From contig CAVXVB010000005.1 in the NCBI GenBank assembly GCA_963765205.1, positions 320,001 to 384,000 on the forward strand: DNA of 64,000 bases, given 5' to 3'. Under the pieces are notes generated by a model that was not told the DNA's origin, did no database searches, and saw only the letters and a program-made list of their open reading frames with translations. Of this stretch, positions 19,742 through 27,658 are shown piece by piece (positions within the stretch are counted from its first letter, which is position 1; the number at the start of each line of letters is the position of its first letter). Made by a program: the position numbers and the translations under genes. The DNA comes from an uncultured Verrucomicrobiae bacterium (GTDB lineage Bacteria; Verrucomicrobiota; Verrucomicrobiia; Opitutales; JABDGR01).

Positions 19742-20430
19742 AGGAGCCGGCGTTTTTCCTCTTCGGGCAGTGCCCAGGCGATGTTCCCGCGCGGGTCGCG
19801 CAGGCGCTTGGTCAGTTCATACAGGCAGAGGGCGGCGCAGACGGAGAGGTTGAAACTCTGCGCGAAGCCTTCCATGGGCAGCTTGACGGCGAGGTCGGCA
19901 GCGGAGTGGGCAACGTCGCTCAGGCCGGTCAATTCCGTGCCGATGAAGAGCGCGAGCGGGCGGTCCAGCGGGACTTCGGCCAAGTTCACCGGCGCGCCGC
20001 GCAGCGTCAACGCGGCGATGCGGTAGCCGCGCGCGCGCAAAGTTTTCGCGGCCTCGGTGGTCGCCGCGTGAGCGAAAGCGGCTTCGGCGGGGGCGCTTTT
20101 GGCGAGGCGGTGCCGGTGCAGCGTCAGCCAGCGTTCCGTGCCCATCGAGACATTCGAGCCGGGCGCGCGCAGGCGCAACGTGTTCAGGTTTTCGATGACA
20201 TGCACATCCTGCACGCCGAAGCCATCGCAGGAGCGCAGCACCGCGGCGGCATTGTGGGGCTGGTAAATGTCCTCGAGCGCGACGGTGAGCCAGCGGGTGC
20301 GCCGGGCCAGCACGGCCTCGAGGCGCTCGCGCCGGTGGGGCGTCAACTGCGCGGCCAGGCGGTCGAGCAAGTCGGCGGCGCGGGCGGGGTCGGCCAGCCA
20401 GGCGGGTGGGGTGGGGGAGAATGCGGGCAC
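19669..20430 (-). CDS. TrmH/SpoU family RNA 2'-O-methyltransferase
   Basis: LEDIYQPHNAAAVLRSCDGFG, GTELTGLS, PMEGFAQSFNLSV (SPOUT motifs). Confidence 0.9.
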   Translation of the reverse strand: MPAFSPTPPAWLADPARAADLLDRLAAQLTPHRRERLEAVLARRTRWLTVALEDIYQPHNAAAVLRSCDGFGVQDVHVIENLNTLRLRAPGSNVSMGTERWLTLHRHRLAKSAPAEAAFAHAATTEAAKTLRARGYRIAALTLRGAPVNLAEVPLDRPLALFIGTELTGLSDVAHSAADLAVKLPMEGFAQSFNLSVCAALCLYELTKRLRDPRGNIAWALPEEEKRRLLYDWLMRDVPGADELLARWGVAPG

Positions 20431-20543
20431 GGGGAGGGGGCGCGGAATGCGGAAAGGCGGCCCGCCCCAAAAATCGCCGTTGACTTGGCGGGGGTAACCC
20501 GGTTTGCTGGACAGCTTTCCCGCAAAATACAGACCTACACCGT

Positions 20544-20744
20544 ATGCCCGTAGAAATCAAGATTCGCAAAGGCGAACCGATGGACAAGGCCTTGCGCCGG
20601 CTTAAAAAGAAGCTGGACCGCGAAGGCATCATCCGTGATGTGCGCGCCAAGCGCTACTTCGAGAAGCCCTGCGAAGTGCGCCGCCGCAAGGAGAAGGTCT
20701 CCGCCTTCACCAACATGCTCCGCCAGCGTTACGAGAACATGTAA
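20544..20744 (+). CDS. rpsU: 30S ribosomal protein S21
   Basis: RKGEPMDKALRRLKKK...KRYFEKP. Confidence 0.96.
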   Translation: MPVEIKIRKGEPMDKALRRLKKKLDREGIIRDVRAKRYFEKPCEVRRRKEKVSAFTNMLRQRYENM

Positions 20745-20757
20745 CGCGACGCGGCCT

Positions 20758-20811
20758 GGTAGGGACGCCTCTCCGAGGCGTCCACGGATGGCTCGGAGCG
20801 CCATCCCTGCC
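20758..20811. repeat. REP-like inverted doublet (GTAG type)
   Basis: GGTAGGGACGCCTCTCCGAGGCGTCC followed by a degenerate inverted copy; exact reverse complement at 36298-36323. Confidence 0.7.
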
Positions 20812-20822
20812 CAATCCAAGTC

Positions 20823-21788
20823 ATGCCCGCCGCGCCCATCTTGTCACTGTCCACCTGCTGGCTTTCCCAGCGGCACCAGGACGGGTATGAGATGATGCGC
20901 GAGATCGCCGACCTGGGCTTTCAGTATTCCGAGTTGAGCCACGGCATCCGGGTGACGCTGGTGCCGGGCATCCTGAAAGCGGTCGAGGAAGGTGTCATCA
21001 AAATCAGCTCGACGCACAATTTCTGCCCGCTGCCGCCCGGCGTGATGAGCGCCGCGCCGAACCTCTACCAACCCAGTTCGCCCGCCGTCACGGAGCGCGC
21101 CCTCTGGCGGCGGCACACGATTGCCTCGCTCGATTTTGCCCAGCGCCTCAACTCCCATGTGCTCATCACGCACCTGGGCAGCGTGTTTTTCTTCCTGATG
21201 GACCCCGCGCGCAAGGTCGAGGCCCTTGAAAACACGCTCGAATTCTCGAAGCTGCGTGAAGACGCCAATTTCCAGCAGGAAATTTCCACCCTGCTCGGCA
21301 AGCTGCGCAAGGTTGCGCCCAAACATTACGCGCGCATCCAGGACTGCCTGGCCGATGTCGCGGCGAGGGCGCAGGCGGTGGGCGTCAAGTTCGGCTGCGA
21401 AAACCGCGAAGGCCTCCTCGAACTGCCCCTCGACGAGCACATGGACGCTTTTCTGGCAAGCGTGGACGACCTGGCAATCTGCGGCGGCTGGCACGACACG
21501 GGGCACGCCTGCATCAAGCACCGCGAAGGCGTCATTGACCACGCCGCGTTCCTCGAAAAGAACGGCGCGCGCCTGCTCGGCTTCCACCTCCATGATGTCA
21601 GCGCCGAAGGCCGCGACCACCAACCCATCGGCACGGGCCTGGTGGACTGGAAAATGGTGCGCAAACACGTCCGCCCGGAACACCTCCTCATCATCGAACT
21701 CAGCCCCAAACTCGAAAAAGAACAGGTGCTGGAATCGAAAGGTTTTATCGAGAAGTGGCTGGCCGAAACGCCGGAAGCTAGAAGTTAG
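20823..21788 (+). CDS. Sugar phosphate isomerase/epimerase family TIM-barrel protein
   Basis: ELSHG, STHNFCP, GCENRE, WHDTGHA, FHLHDV, DHQPIGTG metal-ligand motifs. Confidence 0.85.
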   Translation: MPAAPILSLSTCWLSQRHQDGYEMMREIADLGFQYSELSHGIRVTLVPGILKAVEEGVIKISSTHNFCPLPPGVMSAAPNLYQPSSPAVTERALWRRHTIASLDFAQRLNSHVLITHLGSVFFFLMDPARKVEALENTLEFSKLREDANFQQEISTLLGKLRKVAPKHYARIQDCLADVAARAQAVGVKFGCENREGLLELPLDEHMDAFLASVDDLAICGGWHDTGHACIKHREGVIDHAAFLEKNGARLLGFHLHDVSAEGRDHQPIGTGLVDWKMVRKHVRPEHLLIIELSPKLEKEQVLESKGFIEKWLAETPEARS

Positions 21789-21889
21789 AAGTTGGAAGTT
21801 GGAAGTTGGAAATTGGAAATTGGAAGCAGATAACGCACTCGTTGTATTGTGTCCGGCGGTTTTATTCTAGCATCTAACTTCCAACTTCT
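21774..21889. repeat. Heptamer tandem array (GAAGTTG-like) with an inverted partner array
   Basis: gaagtta gaagttg gaagttg gaaattg... then ttctagcatctaacttccaacttct. Confidence 0.8.
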
Positions 21890-21956
21890 GTTCAACCAGA
21901 AATTTGCTTTTTCAGCGTTGCCGCGGGTGGGGGCGGGGGTTAATCATCGGAACGCC

Positions 21957-22388
21957 GTGAACCTTAGCACCAAACATCTGGCCCGTTGCATTCAGACGCT
22001 CGAAAGGTCCCTGGCCGAGCTGCGTTTGGCGCCGGCCGGGAGCATCGAGCGCGAGATTTTCCGCAACGCCACGGTGAAGAGCTTCGAGCTGACTTTGGAA
22101 ACCGCCGGCAAGTTGCTGCGCAAAGGACTCAAATCCTACGTGGGCAACCCGCGCATGGTGGACGAATTGACCTACAAGGAAGTGCTCCGCCACGCCGCCA
22201 AGCACGGCCTGGTCGAACCGGCGGCGGTCGAGCGCTGGTTCGCCTACCGCGACAACCGCAACGACACCGCCCACGATTACGGCGAAATCTTCGCCGAGGA
22301 GACGCTGAACCTGCTGCCGGACTTTATCACCGACGCCCGCCGGGTCGAGACCACCCTGCGCGAAAAATTGAGCCATGGGGAAACTTGA
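21957..22388 (+). CDS. HEPN toxin (HI0074/nucleotidyltransferase substrate-binding family)
   Basis: FRNATVKSFELTLE; RNDTAHDY = RX4H plus Tyr. Confidence 0.88.
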   Translation: MNLSTKHLARCIQTLERSLAELRLAPAGSIEREIFRNATVKSFELTLETAGKLLRKGLKSYVGNPRMVDELTYKEVLRHAAKHGLVEPAAVERWFAYRDNRNDTAHDYGEIFAEETLNLLPDFITDARRVETTLREKLSHGET

Positions 22389-22710
22389 CCTGCCGCCCGC
22401 CCACTTGCGCACGCTGCTCGACCTGCTCGCGCAGCACGCGCCGGACGTGGAGGTCTGGGCCTATGGCAGCCGCGTTTCCGGCGGCGCGCACGAGGGTTCC
22501 GACCTCGACCTGGTGCTGCGCAACCCGGCGAAGCTCGACGCGCCGCAGCCCCACCTGCCCCGCTTGCGCGACGCGCTGGGTGAAAGCAACCTGCCCATTT
22601 TGGTGGAAATCCGCGACTGGGCGCGCCTGCCGCCCGACCACCGCCGGGAAATCGAACGCTGCCATGTCGTCGTGGCGCCGGCCTCCACTCCGCCGGTCGC
22701 CAGTTCCTGA
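22375..22710 (+). CDS. MNT minimal nucleotidyltransferase antitoxin
   Basis: VWAYGSRVSGGAHEGSDLDL = GSX10DXD; overlaps the HEPN gene. Confidence 0.88.
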   Translation: MGKLDLPPAHLRTLLDLLAQHAPDVEVWAYGSRVSGGAHEGSDLDLVLRNPAKLDAPQPHLPRLRDALGESNLPILVEIRDWARLPPDHRREIERCHVVVAPASTPPVASS

Positions 22711-22776
22711 GTTGATCAGCCAATGATTCTTCGGGGTTGTCGTAGCTTGGGAGAGGGATAAGTTTTACATTTTAAC

Positions 22777-23481
22777 ATGCACGCATCGCCATTCTCGCTC
22801 GCGGTTGAAGTCAACGAAGCCGGGTTTGCGGTTGCGCAGGCGGCGGTGGGGGAAATGTTTTTGAAGGAATGGCTTGATGCGGTGCGGGAGTTGTTGGCGG
22901 AAACTGGTGGCGAGGCCGCGCATGGCGTGCGGGGCTTGCTGGCGTGTTCCGAACGCTGTCGCGCGCTGGCCGCCCAACCGGCGTTGGTGGATTTGGCGCG
23001 GGCAGTCCTGGGATCGAATGCGCGCGCGGTCAAAGGCATTTTTTTCGACAAAAATCCGGCGGCCAACTGGCTCGTGTCCTGGCATCAAGACCTGACCATC
23101 ACGGTGCGCGAACGCCGCGAGACACCGGGCTTCGGCCCATGGTCGGTGAAGGGCGGCCTGCCGCATGTGCAGCCGCCGGTGGCAATTATGGAAAATATCA
23201 TCGCGCTGCGCGTCCACCTCGACGACGCCGGGGCGGACAACGGCGCGCTGCGCGTCCTGCCAGGCACGCATCTACGCGGACGGATTCCCGCGGCGGAAAT
23301 CCCGCGGTTGGCGCGCGAAATCACGCCGGTCATATGCGCGGCGGCGCGCGGCGACGTGTTATTGATGCGCCCCTTGCTGCTTCATTCCTCGCCGATCAGC
23401 GCCGCGCCCCAGCACCGGCGGGTGATCCACTTGGAATACACCACGGAAAACTTGCCCGGCGGTTTGGAATGGGGCGGTTGA
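22777..23481 (+). CDS. Phytanoyl-CoA dioxygenase (PhyH) family protein
   Basis: WHQD, RVHLDDAGADNGALRVLPGTH, LLLHSS, RRVIHLEY. Confidence 0.9.
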   Translation: MHASPFSLAVEVNEAGFAVAQAAVGEMFLKEWLDAVRELLAETGGEAAHGVRGLLACSERCRALAAQPALVDLARAVLGSNARAVKGIFFDKNPAANWLVSWHQDLTITVRERRETPGFGPWSVKGGLPHVQPPVAIMENIIALRVHLDDAGADNGALRVLPGTHLRGRIPAAEIPRLAREITPVICAAARGDVLLMRPLLLHSSPISAAPQHRRVIHLEYTTENLPGGLEWGG

Positions 23482-23799
23482 TGGTTTTTATTTCGGCTTA
23501 CCCATCAAGAGCTTGCGGGTTTGATATCGCAAATTGCGATATCAAAGGGTAGTGTATCAGTTTGGTGCAGCCTCGTTGAATTCGTAGCCCAATCCGGGCT
23601 TACGGCGGGGTCTAACTAAACGGCCCCTGCCTCGAAAAATAGCTAAGTCGGATGCGCCGCGGAGGCGTGAATGACTTGATGTTTTCGGGATGCGGTGGGC
23701 TGTGGATGTTGGCCAAAGGTTAATCCACCCATCCACTTTTGCAAAACAAAATCATCTTTGTGTTGGCCCTTGCAGTGTGCTGCCTGGGACTTCGCCTAA

Positions 23800-24189
23800 T
23801 TACTTGGATGGATTCAGGGGAGGGTCGGATGGAGAACTTGGAGGCTTGGGCGCGTTATTGGAATTATCGCGTGAACGAGGAAACAGCCATGCGAGCATCG
23901 CAATTACGGTCGCCACAATCGCCACCAGCAATGCCGCCGAAGCCAGTTTTGTTGATTTCTTCGACTCCCCCAAGGCGCTTTTTGAAATTCGAGTTGCCTC
24001 TGCTCCTTGAACAAGAGCCTGTTGGTGGCGGCTTTCACTTTCAGCATCTTCCATTTCGGCGAGTAATTGCACAGCCGCAATATGCTGTGGAGAGTGGGGA
24101 ACGTAGGTATTTCTTATCTCTAACAATTGACCCTTTGTTTTTTTTGAAAAAAAACGACGGTGGGTCTGAATATCAGGATCGGAAAGCAT
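23800..24189 (-). CDS. Hypothetical protein with C-terminal TM helix (IS passenger)
   Basis: Helical region, then LASAALLVAIVATVIAMLAWLF and a Pro-rich tail. Confidence 0.55.
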   Translation of the reverse strand: MLSDPDIQTHRRFFSKKTKGQLLEIRNTYVPHSPQHIAAVQLLAEMEDAESESRHQQALVQGAEATRISKSALGESKKSTKLASAALLVAIVATVIAMLAWLFPRSRDNSNNAPKPPSSPSDPPLNPSK

Positions 24190-24241
24190 TTGGAAATTAG
24201 TAGGCCACTATGCACCCTCCCGCAAATTAAATCCACCCCCT

Positions 24242-25084
24242 TCATGCGGCCTTTTCTTGAGCGTCCAGCGAACCGATAACCTCACTCATTTCCCAAACGT
24301 GGTCACTCAACCCTGATTCCATCGCCGGGGTCACCCGCAAAGTCTGGTGAATCCGGCAGAAATTATGAAACATAAAATAAATCGCCAGTTGGTGCTCGTG
24401 ATGCTCGATTTTCTTGCTGAACGCATTGGTCAGGCGCGTGAATCGGCGGTTGTGCATCCTGATGTTCAGGTTTTGCCGTTCGGCGTAGGACGTGGAGACG
24501 TGGGCAAACTCCGGGTTGCCGCTGATTTCAACCTTCTTGGCCCCCATGCACTGGGCGGGGCTGTAGCGCGTCTCCGGCGTCTCTGGGCCGTTGCCGTATA
24601 TCTTTTGCAGCATGGCGTAATCAATCTCCGCGCCAAAGGCATCCTCTACCGCCGTCAGGTAGGCCTTATGCCCGTCCGTGGTCAGTTGCACGCGATTGGC
24701 GAGCCTTCCCGCCAGATCGTGCATGAAGTGGTAGGCCGCGCCCGCGTCGCGCGTGCCGACATACCAGCAGGGAATCAGCTTGGTATCGGCATCCAAGGCC
24801 GTCCAAGTCCAGCAATCACCTTCGCCCCGCGCCTTCTTTTCGGCGGTCACGACCTTCTCCTTACAGCCCACAAAACTCCAAATCTCATCGCATTGGAGCC
24901 GCTTGCATTTGAGGTTCCGAAACGCCTTGTCCTGATACTCCGCGCAGGCCGGCCCAAGCTCGCACAACAGCTTTTTGACCGTGTTGATGGACACGTTGCA
25001 AAGCCGGGTGGTGGCCCGCATGGACATACTCTCGACCAGGCAGGATGCAATCTGCGCCCGCTTCTCTGTGGTTAATTGATTCAT
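24242..25084 (-). CDS. IS1 family DDE transposase
   Basis: N-terminal HTH SMRATTRLCNVSINTV; QCDEIWSFV, LTTDGHKAY, STSYAERQNLNIR, RRFTRLTNAFSKK, TPAM. Confidence 0.93.
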   Translation of the reverse strand: MNQLTTEKRAQIASCLVESMSMRATTRLCNVSINTVKKLLCELGPACAEYQDKAFRNLKCKRLQCDEIWSFVGCKEKVVTAEKKARGEGDCWTWTALDADTKLIPCWYVGTRDAGAAYHFMHDLAGRLANRVQLTTDGHKAYLTAVEDAFGAEIDYAMLQKIYGNGPETPETRYSPAQCMGAKKVEISGNPEFAHVSTSYAERQNLNIRMHNRRFTRLTNAFSKKIEHHEHQLAIYFMFHNFCRIHQTLRVTPAMESGLSDHVWEMSEVIGSLDAQEKAA

Positions 25085-25262
25085 GCCGCCAATATGACAC
25101 GAAATGCCTAAGCTGTCAACTATTATTTTTGAGAAAAAAGCGTGCGAATGGCCTAGGAGGGCCGCTGCACCGTATTTGCTCACGCAATTTCCTTGGGGCC
25201 GGAGTCTGGCAACGCAATTCTGGACATCGGGACTTCCGTGTATAGATTGGATTCCCAGGACG

Positions 25263-26189
25263 ATGCCACATTTAGGCGAATATGAAAGGCTGCTTCAATC
25301 GGTTTTCTTTCTTTATGAAAGCGAAGGCGATGCGTTTTGCGGCAATCATCAGGGGGGAACCGGATTTTTGGTGGCCCTTCCGGCGGATTGCGGAAGTATA
25401 AGCAGTAAGCATCATTTTTATGGCGTCACCAATTACCATTTAGCGCATGAAGGATACCCGGTCATTCGACTAAACAAAGAAGATGGAACGCCCGACATAC
25501 TTCCACTTACAAAAGATGACTGGCATTATGATCCCATGGGTTGCGATTTGGCGGTTACTCCCCTATCGCTTTATACAGGCCATAAAGTTGCTCCGCTAAC
25601 CCCAGACTGGTTTGTAACAAAGGAAGATTTGGAGAACAAAAGGACGGGGGTGGGCTTGGGCGAAGATGTCTTTATGGCCGGAAGATTTGTGGATTATGAC
25701 GGGACGGAAGACAATCAGCCCTCCCTAAGATTTGGGCATCTCAGTATTATGCACGCCCCGATTGAACAAAAAACGCCATGGAAACCCCGTAACCCCTCCC
25801 ATGTAATAGACCTACACAGTCGAAGCGGTTATTCAGGAAGCCCGGTGTTTGTTTACCATACGCCGGGTTCAATCTTACCGCAGTCGGACACCACTCAAGC
25901 CGCGCATACGAAAAGCATTCTTGTGCTTGGAGGGGATAGCGCCTGGGTCAAGCTCTTAGGGATTCACTGGGGCCAATTTCCTGAACAGTGGCAAATAGAG
26001 AAAGGTGACGCACGAGCGGAGGGAGCACTGGTGAGGGAGGGCGAGTATGTAAATGGATTAAGCGGCATGACACTTGTAATTCCTGCCGCTGAAATCTTGA
26101 AGCTATTAAAAACCCCAAAACTGGAGGAAATGCGCGAAAAAATAGAAATCCAATGGCTGAAAGAATACAAAAAGACTGGCATATTATGA
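25263..26189 (+). CDS. Trypsin-like serine protease (IS passenger)
   Basis: GTGFLV, VTNYH (His), DLAV (Asp), GYSGSPVF (Ser), LLGIHWG; no signal peptide. Confidence 0.8.
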   Translation: MPHLGEYERLLQSVFFLYESEGDAFCGNHQGGTGFLVALPADCGSISSKHHFYGVTNYHLAHEGYPVIRLNKEDGTPDILPLTKDDWHYDPMGCDLAVTPLSLYTGHKVAPLTPDWFVTKEDLENKRTGVGLGEDVFMAGRFVDYDGTEDNQPSLRFGHLSIMHAPIEQKTPWKPRNPSHVIDLHSRSGYSGSPVFVYHTPGSILPQSDTTQAAHTKSILVLGGDSAWVKLLGIHWGQFPEQWQIEKGDARAEGALVREGEYVNGLSGMTLVIPAAEILKLLKTPKLEEMREKIEIQWLKEYKKTGIL

Positions 26190-26193
26190 TCGC

Positions 26194-26475
26194 TCAATCC
26201 TTTTTTCCCCACCGTATAGCCGCCCCTTTTTTTCCAATCTCCCGTTTCGCCGCTTCCGACAACACCCTAGCCCTAGCCGGGCCACCCTTCAAACCACCCA
26301 ACCTCCCCAACATGACCGCCGCCGGATTCTTCCCCGCCAGCTTGGCTCGCGCCGCTTCCTCGCGCTCGCGGTATATGGCCGCAACCCCTTTCGGGATAAA
26401 CTCGCCGTGGGTAGCCTGGGCGACGACAAGCCCGGCAATCTGGTTCATGTCCAGTCTGGTTGAACGCTTAGGCAT
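26194..26475 (-). CDS. Small basic protein (KNPAAVxLGRLGGLKGG type), putative DNA-binding regulator of the IS
   Basis: KNPAAVMLGRLGGLKGGPARARVLSEAAKREIGKKGAAIRW; TTGAGT-17-TATCTT promoter. Confidence 0.75.
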   Translation of the reverse strand: MPKRSTRLDMNQIAGLVVAQATHGEFIPKGVAAIYREREEAARAKLAGKNPAAVMLGRLGGLKGGPARARVLSEAAKREIGKKGAAIRWGKKD

Positions 26476-26591
26476 GGCCGCAAGATACGCCCGGCACACT
26501 TAAAACTCAAACTCAAAAACGATTTATGAAATCCAAACTGATACACTACCTATCAAAGAAGGGCCATGGCGCATTTTGCGGCAAAGGCCTT

Positions 26592-26672
26592 TTTCGTAGC
26601 GCTGAGCTCCAGCCAGCGCTTCTTCGGGATTCGCGCAGCCCAGAGCGCTGGCTGAAGCTCAGTGCTACGAAA
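26592..26672. repeat. REP-like 29-bp inverted repeat pair
   Basis: tttcgtagcgctgagctccagccagcgct ... agcgctggctgaagctcagtgctacgaaa (2 mismatches). Confidence 0.7.
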
Positions 26673-26779
26673 TTGAGTCACAACCGAACCTCGCGACGGA
26701 GCATCATACCCTTATCAAAAACCATGACAAATGGAAATTGCCTTTTCAAAATTGCCGCATGGATGGGGGGATCAACGAA

Positions 26780-27556
26780 TTACGTTTTCGGCCGATGTTC
26801 GTGGATATAATCGTTCAGGCTTTTGGCGAGCGTGACAAAATCCGAGGGGATCATGATTACCGTAGTGCTGTTGTTTTCCGCGCCGACCTCCGCAATCATT
26901 TGGAAACGGCGCAACTCGAGTGCCGCCGGATTGGCCGCCATTTGCAGGGAGGCGGCGGCCAGTTTCTGCGACGCCTCCAATTCCGCTTCCGCCTTGATGA
27001 TGCGCGCGCGCTTTTCCCGAATGGCTTCGGCCTGCATGGCCATGACCTGCTGCATGGCCTCCGGCAGCTCGACATCCTTCATCTCAAACCGCTCCACCTG
27101 CAGGCCCCATTGCGTAGTCGAGCCGGCAATGGCTTGCTGCAACAGCCCGTTAATCTTGTCGCGCTCCTGCAAAACTTCGTCGAGGTCGTGCTGACCGATG
27201 ATATTGCGCAAGCTCGTCATGGCGAGTTGATAGATGGCCGCGCTGGCCTCTTTAACGGCGATGACGGATTTCGCCGCGTCCTCGACCCGATACCACAGCA
27301 CGGCGTTGACCTTGATGGTCACACTGTCGCGGGTGATCGTCTCCTGCTGCTCGGCGGAAACCGTGCGCGTGCGGATATCAATAATCATCGAGCGCTCGAT
27401 GCCCAGCGGGATGATCCAGTAGAGGCCCGGCCCACGCAAGCCCAGGTAGCGCCCCAGCCGGAAAACCACTCCGCGTTCGTATTCCTGGGCGATGCGGATG
27501 CCCGACAGCGCCACCACCACAACGCCCGCCAAAACACAAAGTAAAACTTGTGTCAT
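26780..27556 (-). CDS. Slipin/stomatin (SPFH, band 7) family protein
   Basis: EYERGVVFRLGR, GPGL, QETITRDSV, QAEAIREKRARIIKAEAE. Confidence 0.93.
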   Translation of the reverse strand: MTQVLLCVLAGVVVVALSGIRIAQEYERGVVFRLGRYLGLRGPGLYWIIPLGIERSMIIDIRTRTVSAEQQETITRDSVTIKVNAVLWYRVEDAAKSVIAVKEASAAIYQLAMTSLRNIIGQHDLDEVLQERDKINGLLQQAIAGSTTQWGLQVERFEMKDVELPEAMQQVMAMQAEAIREKRARIIKAEAELEASQKLAAASLQMAANPAALELRRFQMIAEVGAENNSTTVIMIPSDFVTLAKSLNDYIHEHRPKT

Positions 27557-27658
27557 AATACTTGGAGATTCGATGAATCCCGCGGGATGGCAAGAGTTAT
27601 TTTCGAATTTGATTTAGCGCTGGCAAACGTAACCGGGCAGCGATTTGAAATATCGCCG

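Larger units (their letters stand above)
23548..26550. mobile_element. IS1-family insertion sequence with passenger genes (3003 bp)
   Basis: Perfect 18-bp TIR GGTAGTGTATCAGTTTGG at 23548-23565 and 26533-26550; 8-bp TSD TATCAAAG at 23540-23547 and 26551-26558; internal IS1-type transposase. Confidence 0.95.

Noticed and set aside
23739..24200. Plus-strand 153-aa ORF inside the IS
   Set aside because: It overlaps the minus-strand TM ORF, which is co-oriented with tnp and looks more protein-like; not fully excluded
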